From: Squalus acanthias
Taxonomy: Eukaryota
DNA: 64,000 nucleotides
Assembly (NCBI GenBank): GCA_030390025.1
Contig: CM059431.1
Span: 117,306,001 to 117,370,000 of the forward strand
Direction of reading: 5' to 3'
Part shown: positions 24,020 to 37,175 of the stretch, one piece after another
Position numbering within the stretch: the first letter of the stretch is position 1
Layout: every line of letters begins with the position of its first letter
Translations under genes and position numbers: made by a program
Notes under the pieces: generated by a model
The model's input: the letters and a program-made list of their open reading frames with translations, nothing else
The model's database searches: none
What the model was told of the DNA's origin: nothing

Positions 24020-24625
24020 TTTTTTTTTGCCGCAGGCTCCTTCCAGGCAATGGCAGGAGACCTGGGGAGGATCAGTCAGTTTGTGGTCCACCACTGCATT
24101 ACACCGATCTCATGCTGTGTTCGGACAATGGTGGTGAATACATTAAAGTCAGCAGAAGGAGGGTTTCAAGTGATGTGGCATTCTCAGGATAAGGGCATGG
24201 TTGACTGCGGCAACGTGGCCTCAAAAGAACCTGTGTCAAATCCCACAGAATTCATAAAAAGAAAAGGATACCACATTTAAAAATCTGCAACTGACACCCA
24301 AATAATCATGCATGTGAATGCTTGGTTTCCAGGGACTGCTTATGGCACCCATATCTTAAAAGAATTGGGGGTTCTCCATTTCTTTCAGGGTGAAGACAAG
24401 CCAAGAAATTAGTTAACTGCTTGAACCATAACTCTTGATATGGCTACAGGACCTCTACATCCCAGCAAAGAGTATACAGTGGAGCTCATTTGAAAGAAAG
24501 GAACATCATGCAGCAGGCATTTGGCAAGCTCCAGCAATGATTCTGAAGTTTGGACTAAGTATTCAGGAGAAGAAGAGTTAGCAGAATGTTGGTGGTTTTT
24601 TTTTTGCATGTTGCACAGCAGAGCT
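24020..24625 (+). pseudogene. Degraded Harbinger transposase fragment
   Basis: AGSFQAMAGDLGRISQFVVHHCI; GMVDCGNVA..FIKRKGYH; CMLH. Confidence 0.75.
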
Positions 24626-24743
24626 GTGGAAACAGCTATTTCAATAAAAATTATTGTATTTTTACATGAATGCTTTGTAAATATAAATTGTTGTACATAT
24701 CTTACTATAACTTAAAGGTGCAGGCTTCACAGCTATAATGTTG

Positions 24744-24759
24744 AGAAGTCGCACAACAC
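24744..24759 (-). mobile_element. 16-bp Penelope terminal insertion with 14-bp target duplication
   Basis: agaagtcgcacaacac flanked by cagctataatgttg at 24730-24743 and 24760-24773; identical to the Penelope end at 48517-48532. Confidence 0.7.
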
Positions 24760-25039
24760 CAGCTATAATGTTGTAATGCTGTTTATCTGCCACTTTATAA
24801 AGATTGCTAAAGTTACAAATAATTTTGTTACTCCTTCTGCAAAACTGCTTCATCCAACTATTTCCACTATAAAGCTTTTCTTTCTCCTATTACTTTCATA
24901 ATTATAACATTTTTCCCTCCTATTTCAACGGTGGATATAGAGCTGTAGCTGACGCTGTTGTTGCTGTAGCACTGGTCAAGAAGGATTTCCCACTCTTGAC
25001 CACTTTGTTTTTGGCCATCCTTGAACAGTCAATAAATCC

Positions 25040-25430
25040 TAGAGCACAGAAAGAGGCCATTCAGCCCATCGTGCCTGTGCTGGTTCTTTGAAAGAGCTAC
25101 CAATTAGTCCCACTCCCTTGCTCTTTCCCCATAGCCCTCTAACTTTTTTTTGCTAATTATCTTAATTCTGTGTCCGCTGGTTACCGACTGTCCTGCCAGT
25201 TGAAACAGTTTCTCCCTATCTACCTTAATAAAACCACTCCATTAAATTGCCCCGAAACATTCTTTGCTCTAAGGAGAACAATCCCAATTTCTCTTGTGTC
25301 TACATAACTGATTTCCCTCAACCTTGTACCATTCTGGTAAATCTCATCTGCATCCTGTCCAGGCCTTGACATCCTATCTAAAGGGTGGTGCCCAGAATTG
25401 GACTCAATACCCTAGCTGAGGTCTAACAGT
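25040..25430 (-). mobile_element. Degraded CR1 3' fragment
   Basis: agaggccattcagcccatcgtgcctgtgctgg tail; gtggtgcccagaattggac. Confidence 0.75.
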
Positions 25431-27199
25431 ATTACATGATTACATGTAAAAAAGAAAGTCATTGATAATATAAGTAAAAAAAGCTTTTAGATTCAATGGG
25501 CATTCTACCAGTATGCAATGTGAGTCTGGCGGGAATTTTTTAAATGTTAGAAATTGTATTCCCCAAACAAGCCTACCCTTCTCTCTGGGCTTGGAAGTTG
25601 ATCACTGTTTCAGTTCTAGGGGGTAGAAATTTCCACCTGGGCTTTAGGTGTGTGTGTGCGTGTGCCCGTGTGCCCTGCGAGAGTGTACTGTGACAACTTG
25701 AGTCACAAAGAGTCAGAAAAATTACAAGTAACAAGTATTAAGATGTGAGTGGCATTATAAAAAAAATCAGTCAAAAATGAAATAATTCATTTCAATATGT
25801 GGCAAACTATTAAATAAACATTTTGAGTTGACAGTGTGGTTTGGGATGAGGTCTTTTGTGTCACTGAGGATTGCTTTTGCATCGAGTCACGGGGCTATTA
25901 ATGAGATGCTTGGATGTTGACATTAAATACTCCAGCTGGTTTCAGTCAGTCAGGCCTGGAAGATAATGAACGACCACCTGTTCAAGGGTGGATTGTTGGA
26001 GACTCGCACCTAAGAAATCTCCCTCGTGCAGGGCTATGCCAATTAAAGCTTCACCAGGAACTACAGATCTACGGTGGGAAGTAAGGGGAGAAAGTATATT
26101 TTAGAAGCATAGAAATAACTTGCAAATAAGTTTTGGGAAGGGAAGAATAAACTAATGAATAAAATGCTTGCATCTCAAGAAAACTCTGCAAATCCACTGT
26201 GGGAAGTAGATGAAAAAAATATAAATGCATGAGAATTCGAGGTTTTGAAAAAGGAAGGGAACAAATAATGATATCTGTATTTGTATCTCGGGCAAATTTT
26301 TTAAACTGGTAGGTAAACTGTATTTCTAATATTAAAAGGCTTGAAATTTGCTAAAACGTTTCAGTGTAAGTACTGCATAAGAGCAGTGTTGCGCTGTTTT
26401 GTCCCAAGGAAATTAGCGTGTAACTAATTTAGGCTGGTTTTGCACTGGAACATTACACCCAAATTTTCTCAATTGTTTGCACTATGTCCACTAAAACCCT
26501 GTGCCGTTAATTTACATAGCACTGTCCCAAAAGACCAGCTAACGCAAGTTACCTGAATTTGCATGAATGATATGTAGTTGTATATTTATACCCAAAAAAT
26601 GTTGGCATAGAATGACCTGAAGTCACCTGAGATCTCTGGATTTTTAAAGCTATCTCCTTCGTGCTTTAATTTTTTTTTTACTGAGATCTGCACTATGCTT
26701 AACCAAAATGCTGTCATTCACAGTGCACCCCAATTTTTTCAGAACCCCCCCCATTCCTCGCCTGCCGCAACGTGCTCAGAAATACTATGCAGCTGGAATG
26801 GCTTTCCTAAGGGGCACATCCTTGTTCTACATAATAATGGAAGGGGAAGTAGGAACAACACAGGCAGGAGGCTCTGAGTGAGGTGCTACGGCAGAAGGTA
26901 CTGACAGAGTGAAGTCACTAGCACAGCAACACAATATCACTCAAAAGGGGAAATACATCTGGTATTGATGTTAACTACAGAAAGTAATTCTAAGTAACTA
27001 CGACTTTAACAATGGCTTTTTTGACACTGATATTGAAGGCTGCCACAATTGACACCATGCTGAAGGTGTGAAAATTAATCATCGTTCCTGGACATAGCAA
27101 TGAAGCCATTTCCTATTCAATTGCATGTGGAAATGAAAGGCTAAGCCAGACGAGGTTTCTCACTGGCATGATTTCTGTGTCAATACAATCCAGGAAATT

Positions 27200-27357
27200 T
27201 GGTGCCACTACACCGAGAATTTCCTTGGGGTGGGTGGGTTCTCCCAATCGACCACTGTAACTTCAGTGGAAGATCGCCACAGCTACTCTACATAAATACA
27301 GTTTCTGCCAAAGTGCCGGTGGCCGATCGAGAGAACCCTCAAGGCAATTCTCAGTGT
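27200..27357. repeat. Short self-complementary interspersed repeat (MITE-like hairpin)
   Basis: Arms caccgagaatttccttg...ggttctcccaatcg and cgatcgagagaacc..caaggcaattctcagtg. Confidence 0.55.
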
Positions 27358-27459
27358 TAGTATTTTTAATTAAATTAAATTAGAACAATTATGAATGATA
27401 TTTTACTTTTTTTGGTTAAATTCAAATGACTCAATCGAATTTGTTTTATTCGGTTTTTT

Positions 27460-29972
27460 TTATGGGATGTGGGCATCGCTGGCAAGGCCAGCATTTATTA
27501 CCCATCCTTAATTGCCCTTGAGAAGGTGGTGGTGAGTTGCCTTCTTGAGCCGCTGAAGTCCGTGTGGTGAAGGTACTCCCACAGTGCTGTTAGGGAGGGA
27601 GTTCCGGGATTTTAACCCAGAGACGATGAAGGATCGGCGATATATTTCCAAGTCAGGATGGTGTGTGACTTGGAGGGGAACTTGGAGGTGGTGGTGTTCC
27701 CATGCCTGCTGCCCTTGTCCTTCTAGGTGGAAGAGGTTGCGGGTTTGGGAGGTGCTGCCGAAGAAGCCTTGGCGAGTTGCTGCAGTGCATCTTGTACATG
27801 GTACACACTGCAGCCGTGGTGTGCCGGTGGTGGAGGGAGTGTAAGGTTTCCAAAATTTACAGATCCCCAAAAGCTAAGGAAAAAGACTTTGGAACTACCT
27901 CAGAGTGATAAAAATGCATTTGGGCCGAACATAAGAAATTTAAGACCAAAAACCAAGTTTTGGCATTTTAAAAGACATGTCTGGACATGTAAAGGAGAAA
28001 AGGCTGCACAGGAGGTGGGTTCGACCTCTGTAAAAGCAGTTTGGCTATTGCAGTCAATTACACTGTCTGGGGAACCGTCTGACCTCACTCAAAACCCCAG
28101 CAGACATTAACATTTTGACAGTAGACCCTGGAGAAGAGCAGCCCCACCCAAATACAGGCCCCATCAAAAACCTATTACAGGACCCATCAGAAACATGCAT
28201 AATACAAACCACTCAGACCCATTTTCTATAGAAAGATTGAGTCCAGCCTAGAAAACGAAACACAAAACCAATCAATTGTAATCAACCAAGAAGATCAACA
28301 GGACGCAAGCCATCCAAAAAGCCATTTGACACTTACAGAACAGTTACTGTTAACGAGGTCTCCAAAATTACAATAATAAGGAAGCTTCAATGGGTATAAT
28401 TAAAGGCCCGTTCTCAAAAGTTCTCCAGTAACAACAGTTCAAGTTCAACAGAAGGCAGTTCTGCAGTTTGGAGTTCAATTGAAAGCCTATTTTCAGCAGA
28501 AGTCAGTGCTGGAGTTACAGAGTTCAGGAGAAGCAAGTTGGGCAGTTAAAGAAGACAGTTCAGTAAGAAGGGAGTTCTCCAGTTCTTCAGCACAACAGTT
28601 ACAGTTCTGCAAGAAGGCAGTTCCACAGTTCTGCAAGAAGACAGTCACAGTTCTGCAAGAAGGCAGTTCCACAGCTCGGAAGAAGACAGTTTAAACAGAG
28701 GCAGAGTTCAACAGAAAGAAGTTCAACAAAGAAGGCCAACAGCTCCAGAAGTAGGCCGACACGCAAGAAGAAGAGACCAGAGCGACCACCTCAGTGACCA
28801 TCGGACACCTCGTGGCAACAAGGGCCTTACGAAACCTTTTACTCAAAAGACTCTAAACCCTAACTCTCAACTGTCAAGGATTCGTTTGGTGAGCATTATC
28901 CCTGGTTCTCTGGAGTCCAACTTAGCTAGTGAAGTGGGATTGGGAGGGGTGAAGTATTCTTCTAATGTAATTTCCCTCGCTTGTACCGAAGTGTTCCCCA
29001 CCTTTAGAGTGTTAAGAGTGTTTGTGTTGTGTTTTACTTTCTTGAATAAAGATCGAAGTTCTTTCATCAAACTCAGTTGTCTGCTGCACCTTTTATCACA
29101 ACCCCCAAATAAGTCCAAGGTCTAGAACCAAGGGAGTGGGAGCGATTCGAACCGCTCAGAAGTCAGAGGCGAAGCTGACACAAAACACCACCCCCTACAG
29201 GAGTGAATGTTTAAGGTGGTGGATGGAGTGCCAATCAAACGGGCTGCTTTGGCCTGGATGGTGTCGAGCTTCTTGAGTGTTGTTGGAGCTGCACTCATCC
29301 AGGCAAGTGGAGAGTATTCCATCACACTCCTTACTTGTGCCTTTTTTGATGGTGGAAAGGCTTTGGGGAGTCAGGAGGTGAGACACTCGCAGCAGAATAC
29401 CCAACCTCTGTCCTGCTCTTGTTGCCACAGTATTTATGTGGTTGTTCCAGTTAAGTTTCTGGTCAATGGTGACCCCCAGGATATTGATGGTGGGGGATTC
29501 AGCGATGGTAATGCGGATGAATGCGGTGGTTAGATGCTCGCTTGTTGGAGATAGTCATTGCCTGGCACTTGTGTGGCACGGATGTTACCTGCCACTTATC
29601 AGCCCAAGCCTGAATGTCGTCCAGGTCTTGTTGTATGCGGGCATGGACTGCTTCATTATCTGAGGAGTTGTGAATGGCACTGAACACTGTGCAGTCATCA
29701 GCAAACATCCCCACTTCTGACCTTATGATGGAGGGATGTTCATTGATGAAGCAGCTGAAGATGGTTGGGCCTAGGACACTGCCCTGAGAAACTCCTGCAG
29801 CGATATCCTGGGGCTGTGATGATTGACCTCCAACCACCACAACCATCTTCCTTTGTGCCAGTGGAGCGTTTTCCCCCAATTCCCATTGACTTCAGTTTTA
29901 CTAGGGCTCCTTGATGCCACACTCAGCCAAATGCTGCCTTGATGTCAAGGGTAGTCACTCTTACCTCACCTA
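27460..29972 (-). mobile_element. LINE family B 3' half (RT and C-terminus), split by solo LTR
   Basis: GVSQGSVLGPTIFSCFIN..FADD..LDDIQAWADKWQV; MEYSPLAWMSAAPTTLKKLDTIQ; continues across the LTR. Confidence 0.88.
27840..29199 (+). mobile_element. Solo LTR (1360 bp)
   Basis: TG...CA termini (tgtaagg / ccctaca), 4-bp TSD ggag (27836-27839, 29200-29203), TATA-like gtataattaaa ~28394, aataaa ~29045, internal cagttctgcaagaag repeats. Confidence 0.85.
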
Positions 29973-30059
29973 CCGCAATTAAAATAATTAAAAATCCTTC
30001 GGAACTAGGCAGTCTGTAGCTCTTAAATCTGAGCTGCCTTCCGCACATAAAAAAATGCT

Positions 30060-31865
30060 AAAAGTGCTTCAGCACTAACATAAATAGCTCAACAGGCCAG
30101 GGAAAGGGCACCCAGGGTCTCGGACATAGCAGTCCAGCTTTATGCAGGGAGTCAACACTGGAAAAGACATCCTCTACCCACAGTGGGCCAGGAGGCCCTC
30201 CAGAAAGAAGAATGTGTGACCAGTTTGTCTAGGCGGTCACTGCCAGCAGTGTTGCCCCCCAGGACCTGGCTCCAGTGCCCAAAGAAGTTTCATGACCTCA
30301 GATGAGTGGTCAAGGTCAGTGAATGCATCTTCAAAAGCCGTCTCCTGCCAACTGCACCACTAGCCTCACACTGCTCAATGCTCGACACCAACCCCCCCAC
30401 ACCCCCGCTCATCACTCACCCACCAACAATCTGTACCAAACACAAGGCACACCTCATGTTCCTAGCTTTAGCTCACCCCCTTGGAGGAGGCGGTGCTTGC
30501 CATTCTTGGCAGCGACATGGCTGAGCCCTTGGCCAGCAGCGGGGCTGAAAGAATACAAAATGCTGGTATACTCATACTTTAGCCTGCTTCTCACATCTCA
30601 CTTCCCCCTCATCCCACAATCTCTTCTGATTTACAAGCTGTGCATGGTGTAAGCACACACCTTTCACTGTACCTCCCCTCACCACAACCCTACCCTGATG
30701 CCTTCCTCATTTCAGACACCCAAGAAATCCAGCCTGCCCAGCCAGTGGGTCAACAAGAAGAGGGAGAGGAAAGTGAAGAAGAAGAAAAACAAATACCGTC
30801 AATCGATTTGACACTCCCAGCCACCAGCTCCTCAAGGTCATCCTGCAAGGCCATCTGCAGTGTCCCCCATTAAATATCAGCAACCTTCCACCAGTCATAC
30901 TACAGCCACTGGATGACACTGCGTGACATCACTAGGATAGGCAAAGGCACATGCAAGACAGTCACTAAGGGAATGTACAATGGTGATTAGTTGATTTTTT
31001 GATGTTATATTGGATGCATATATGGCAAAAGTTGGATTGGAAAGTTTGCTTTGTGGTGGCTTTTAATTCAGCATTGTGGCCAAGAGGACGCTGTGATGGT
31101 CAGTAACAGAGGGAAGGGAAGGTGTGGGACAAATGTTGAAAGGGGAATTGGAGTTGCGTTCACTGGTACAGCAGGAGGATGATTCAATTCTGGATATCCC
31201 GGCCAGAAAGAGGCTATCTGGGATACCTCCTTCCTTCTGCTTCATTCCTCTTCTTTTTTCTCTTGTTCTTCCTCCTCTTCTGGTTCTTCCTCTTCTGCTT
31301 CCTCCTCTTCTGTTTCCTCCTCCCTCTGCAAGCAGCTAGTCCCCTTTGCCGCCTCTGCTCCATCTCCATGTGATGCTGCAGCACAAGGGGGACTGAAGCT
31401 TGAGCCCGCAGGACTGTGAGTAAGTGATGTTCTCAGAGGCCTTTCTTTAACAGACAAAGCCTTGCAAACGTCCAGCAGCACTCCCTGAACTCCCTGCACA
31501 CTTACTTTTTAGATGTATTGCACCAAGCCACTACTCCAATAAAATGTAAAACAACCAGCCCAAAAGCAAAAATCTAAACTTACCTGGAGATTGTGTGTGC
31601 CCCTTTAAGAAGCGCTGGCAGCATCTCTGTTGTACTGCTGCTCGCACGTTCTGCCGTGCGTGGTTTGGAGAGTCCAGTATTAAGAGTGGCAACATCGGAA
31701 ATCACAGATCGTGTGTCAATTCAGCCGTTGCACGCCGATGGACATCACGATCTGCATCATTTAAATATGTGTGGCGAGCGCAGGCAACAGCAGCGCTGCC
31801 GATGTGCCCAAAATGGCGGCCGCCATGTTCCACGCAGGAAGTGGGGCGGCCGCAATTTTCTCTGC
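30060..31865. mobile_element. Degraded, internally deleted Harbinger element (Myb exon remnants +, transposase acidic C-terminus -)
   Basis: RTWLQCPKKFHDL..VVK|gtcagt matches Myb exon 1 end; 30845-30940 matches Myb 3' end at 54963-55057; poly-Glu tail on minus strand 31240-31320. Confidence 0.7.
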
Positions 31866-31874
31866 CAATCCGGC

Positions 31875-32005
31875 CTTTCCCACATTACAACAGAGACTCC
31901 ACTTCAAAAGTACTTAATTGGCTGTAAAGCGCTTTGAGACATCCGGTGGTCGTGAAAGGCGCTATATAAATGCAAGTCGTCGTCTTCTTCTTCTTCTTCT
32001 TTTTC
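31875..32005 (+). mobile_element. Deu-SINE/L2-type 3' tail fragment
   Basis: ggctgtaaagcgctttgagacatcc...aggcgctatataaatgcaagt + (ttc)n; matches the tail of the SINE at 47684-48150. Confidence 0.8.
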
Positions 32006-33021
32006 TTAACATCCAATTTTGGATACAAGTGAAAATGGCAGTCTAATTCAAATTACATTACACATGGCATGGTGGAATTTACTGCCGGAACAATTTTCAG
32101 CGACCACACTTTAATCCAGACTGTTTTTTATGTTTATAAGCATAAGACACATAATAGGAGCACAATGTGCACTCCAAACCTTTGACAGAATATGAAATGG
32201 AAAATGAGGAATTGATAGAAACGAGAGGCAATTTTCCTAGGTTTAGCACCCAAATAGCACGAAACAAAGGGATGCTATGCACAGGAACAATGAGTGCCGA
32301 TCCTTTACCATTCTTTGTCTGAAAAGCACTACAGCTGAATTTCCTTTATGACTTTTTAGTTGGCTGCACTTGACTGAACCTGAAGAGGGCACAGCAATAT
32401 AATATGGCTGTCTCATGATCAAAAATTTTAATCTCAGTTAATCTTGGTTTTAATTGCCTATTTAATTGATACAATTATTGCATCCATCTGAGTCAAGTTT
32501 CTGTTATTACTGATATTATCATCATCATTCAAAAACAACCCAGCATAAACATTCTGTTGTCCTCGTTCTAGGTTTATATTATTGGTCTCTCTTCATATTT
32601 ATACCCCTGCTTAAAATGGAAAATAATACCTGCAGTTGCAATCACATTTTTTAAAGACAAATATGCACTTCTCAAAACTAAGTCAAAACTTAATTAGCAA
32701 CAGAAAAACATACGATTCGGAAAAAGACTAAGGTCCATCTAATTCGCCTTCTACCATCCTGGTAGTATCATGATACAACGATAATGTAGTTGTTGACTAA
32801 TTGTAGCAATCAATCTCCATCAATTAGAGTACAACAGATTCAGACATGGTGTGAGGGAAAAATAAGGTTCAAAGTCACCTGTTTCTCCCAAGCTTGCCAC
32901 ACTTACCATATATCATGTCTCAAATTACTCAAATACTGTACCCCAAAATACATTATATTCTGAAAGAAATCTATCTAATTTGCATTTGAATTAATCGCCT
33001 AGTCGGCTGTTCAATCAGTCG

Positions 33022-33063
33022 TGTCCCTAGGTGGGCTCGATCCATCAACCTGTCGGTTAACAG
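33022..33063 (-). pseudogene. tRNA-Asn(GTT) 3'-half pseudogene
   Basis: ctgttaaccgacaggttgatggatcgagcccacctagggac vs recalled vertebrate tRNA-Asn ctgttaaccgaaaggttggtggttcgagcccacccagggac. Confidence 0.75.
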
Positions 33064-33241
33064 GTGAAAAGATTCTGATTTATATTATGTGTAAATGTGT
33101 TGGCAAACCAAGTGGTACCTGGACAACTTGCAGATACCTAGATTCTTTTATTAAAAGGAAAAGTACAAGAGAGTCAAAGAACACTGTATATTGTAGAAAG
33201 CTGTTTGGTAAATCAGTTAAAACTGGTACCACAAACATTTT

Positions 33242-34004
33242 GGCCTAGAAATTCGGGTGGCCGGCTTGCCGCGGGGGTAAGGATCGCGCGCGCTCTTACC
33301 CACCGTGCCTGCCGTTGTGTTTTGGGCCCACAGGAACTTTGGGTCCCGGGCCTCTCCCAAGAGCCGGCGCGCAGTGCTTGCGTGTTCCAGGGGTGCAGTT
33401 AGTGCAATGCGACCCCTGGGATCACGTGGGCCATGGAGAGCCAAAGGCAGCAGACCATCTTTCATTCATAGATTTGACAGGAGACCTGTCAAATCTGTGA
33501 ATTGAAATCGGCCCCAAAAGAACAGCTAAACTTCAAATAAATTAAAAAAAACCCATCACATTTATAAAATAACTATAGTTAAATAAATTAACCACTTTAA
33601 ACAAAAATTTAAATTTTTGAAAAAATTAAAATACTTTTTAAAAGTTATAAAAATAAACTTACCTTTCTTTAAATTATCTAAAAATGATAAACCTGTTGAA
33701 AAAAATTAAAAATTATACTTAATTAACTACTTACCTTGTTCAAATGGGGTCTTACACCTCCTTTTTACTAGCGTAGAATCTTCAATACTTACCCTCGGGT
33801 TGAAACCTGAAAAAAAATCTAAGTGTGCTGCTATGCGCGCAGCCTCTACCGCGCATGCGGTTCACCTAGGAACCCCCCCTTCACCATACCGGAAGTTCCG
33901 GTTTCCCGCGCATGCGCAGTGCATGCAGGAAACCGGCACTTCGGGAATGAATACGGGTGAGTACGCACTGTGTACTCACCCGGGAACGGCCGAATTTTTG
34001 GGCC
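33242..34004 (-). mobile_element. Harbinger-type MITE, copy 5 (subfamily b)
   Basis: TIR ggcctagaaattcgg / ccgaatttttgggcc; TSD ttt/ttt. Confidence 0.9.
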
Positions 34005-34009
34005 TTTAT

Positions 34010-36650
34010 CACCAAGTACCATAAAAATGTTATCACCGAGATATCTTTACTGCTTTCCTCCCTCAGCCTCTGCACCGAGCGACTTCTCATCTTCGGTGAT
34101 TTCAATCTCCATCTCAATTCATCATGCTCTCTCTCCTCTGAGTTCACAGCCCTTCTATCCTCCCTTAATCTCTTCCTCCATGTTGTCTCCCCAACCCATA
34201 TTCACGGCTACCCCCTCGACCTTGCCATCTCTTGTGGCCTCGCTGCTCCCTTCGTGTCAATCGCAGGTAAAGCCATCTCTGACCACTTCCTTGTATCGCT
34301 CTCCACCCACATCCCCCTTCCCACCTCCAAACCCTACTTCCTTCTGTGTCCACCCCTGGAAAAAACTCTCTCCCAACTCTCTTACAACGGCACTTACAAA
34401 ATCCCAACTGTCCAGCCTTTGGCCCTCCATTCACCACGACATTTCTGCAGCTAACGATCTGCTCAAACACACCCTCACCACCACCTTCAATGCCCTAGTC
34501 CCTATTAAAACAATTACTCTCTCTCACCCTAGCCGTTCCCCCTGGTACGGCCCTCATCTTCGCTCCCTTAAGTCCAAGGGACGCAGACTTGAATGGATAT
34601 GGCGGACAACTGGTTTAGCCATTCACCGCCAGATCTGGCTGGACCACATAAAGCATTATTGGATCCTGCCCTCGTCTGCCAAAATTGCTCACTATTCCAG
34701 AATCATTCTGGAATGCAAAGATAACCCCCGGCTTCTATTCTCTACTGCTAACTGTCTTCTTAAACCCCTCTCCCCTGTCTCCTCCACCCTCACCTCCGAT
34801 AACAAGTGCAAGGAGCTCATGGACTTCTTTGTCTCTAAAATTGAGACCCTCCGATCAGCCGCCTCTGCCGCTTCCCTTCCTTCCCCTAGCCCACAGGGCC
34901 AAACTTCCCCTAAGGTTCCCACGGGCCTAGCCTTGAACTCGCATCTTTCTTCAGTTTCTCTCCCAGCTCCCCTCATGACTTCTCAGCGCTCATCTTGTCC
35001 ATGAGACCCACTTCCTGCCCCCTCGACCCTATTCCCACCAAACTGCTGACCACCCAACTTCCTTTTCTGGCTCCCATGTTAGCTGACATTGTTAACGGTT
35101 CTCCCTCCTCAGGTACTGTCCGCCTATCCTTCAAATCTGCCGTCATCAGACCTCTCCTCGAAAAAACAACACTTGACCCCTCCGTCGTTGCAAACTACCG
35201 CCCCATCTCCAACCTCCCTTTCCTCTGCAAAGTCCTTGAACGTGTTTTCATCTCCCAAATCTGTGCCCATCTTTCCCGCAACTCCATGTTTGAATCACTC
35301 CAATCAAGTTTCTGCCCCTGCCACAGTACCGAAACAGCGCTCATCAAAGTCACAAATAACATCCTTTGTGACTGCGACAAAGGTAAACTATCCCTCCTCC
35401 TCCTTCTTGACTTGTCTGCAGCCTTTGACACAGGTGATCACTCCATCTTCCTCCAATGCCACTCCACCATCATCCAGCTGGGTGGGACTGCTCTCGCCTG
35501 TTTCCATTCTTATCTATCTAATCGTAGCTATAGAATCACCTGCAATGGCTTCTCTTCCCGCTCCCGCATCGTTACCTCTGCTGTCCCCCAAGGATCTATC
35601 CGTGGCCCCCTCCTATTTCTCATCTACCTGCTGCCCCTCGACGACATTTTCTGAAAACACAGCATCAGTTTCCACATGTACACTGACGACACCCAGCTCT
35701 ACCTCACCACCACTTCTCTCGACCCCTCCACTGTCTCTAAATTGTCAGACTGCTTGTCTGACATCCAGTACTGGATGAGCAGAAATTTTCTCCAATTAAA
35801 TATTCGGAAGACCAAAGGCAATATTTTCCGTCCCTGCCACAAACTCCGTTCCCTAGCCACTGACTCCATCCCTCTTCCTAACATCTGTCGGAGGCTGAAC
35901 CACACTGTTCGCAAACTTGGTGTCATATTTGACCCTGAGATGAGCTTCCGACCACCATCCATGGCATAACTAAGACTGCCTATTTCCACTTCCGTAACAT
36001 CGCCCGTCTCTGCCCATGCCTCAGCTCATCTGCTGCTGAAACCCTCATCCATGCCTTTGTTACCTCTAGACTTGACTATTCCAATGCACTCCTGGCTGGT
36101 CTCCCACGTTCTACCCTACGTAAACTTGAGGTCATCCAAAGCTCGGCTGCCCGTGTCCTAACTCGCACCAAGTCCCGTTCGCCCATCATTCCTGTGCTCG
36201 CTGACCTACATTGGCTCCTGGTTAAGCAATGCCTCGATTTCAAAATTCTCATCCTTGTTTTCAAATCCCTCCATGGCCTCGCCCCTCCCTATCTCTGTAA
36301 TCTCCTCCAGCCCCACCACCCCCCGAGATATTTGCGCTCCTCTAATTCTGCCCTCTTGAGCATCCCTGATTATAATCGCTCAACCATTGGTGGCCGTGCC
36401 TTCAGTGACTAGGCCCGAAGCTCTGGAACTCCCTGCCTAAACCTCTCTGCCTCTCTAGCTCTCTTACCACTCTTTCCTCCTTTAAGACGCTTCTTAAAAC
36501 CTACTTCTTTGACCAAGCTTTTGGTCATCTGCCCTAACTTCTCCTTATGTGGCTCAGTGTCAAATTTTTGTCTTATAATACTCCTGTGAAGTGCCTTGGG
36601 ACGTTTTACTACATTAAAGGCTCTATAGAAATACAAGTTGTTGTTGTTGT
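34010..36650 (+). mobile_element. L2 LINE, 5'-truncated ORF2 (APE end + RT) with frameshifts and 3' tail
   Basis: GDFNLH, TSCPLDPIPT, NYRPISNLPFL, HSTETAL, LLLDLSAAFDT, VPQGS, YTDDTQLY, LHWL; tail ...aggctctatagaaatacaag(ttg)n. Confidence 0.93.
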
Positions 36651-37175
36651 ATTAATCGGTTTGCATTCTTCAGCGAGATATTGCATGACAATTTTCTCAC
36701 AAGACTGAGATCATAATACTCCCACAGCAAAATGGTAATGCCGATTTCAACAATTTCATCCCTGAATACGCTTTGAAATTCCCTAACAATGTATACCATG
36801 TATCTGCAATGATTCACACAGACACAGTGAAATACCTAATCAAAGAATACAGGAAAACATTAGTCTACCATCTGCAAATCAAGTCATTGCTTTAGCAACA
36901 CTAATTACATTTTGTGCAGGCAAAGCTGGCAGAACAAATATAAAGCTTTGGTTTGCACTGAAAACACCCCCCATCCCCCACCACCCATTGATTTACAGAT
37001 AGCATTGGCAACGCTGCTATCTCACACCTTCAAGAAAGTGGCACAATTCCCATCTCCCCCCTGAATTTCAAAGATCTACCCTTATTATACTCATTCAAAT
37101 ACAGTTCACTTCCCAATGTAGAACAGGGAGTGCTTCATCTGCATGATGCCTGCTGTTCAAAAATATGCTTTAAAG

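Noticed and set aside
25940..26085. Exon-like segment (tttcag...gtaagg) reading WIVGDSHLRN
   Set aside because: GDS motif points to a decayed LINE ORF1 esterase rather than a host exon; no partner exons found
26337..26960. Possible further Harbinger left end with Myb remnants
   Set aside because: No matching right TIR and translation too degraded to support
28430..28740. Repeat array superficially like repeat-spacer structure
   Set aside because: Degenerate tandem units within an LTR, no unique spacers; not CRISPR
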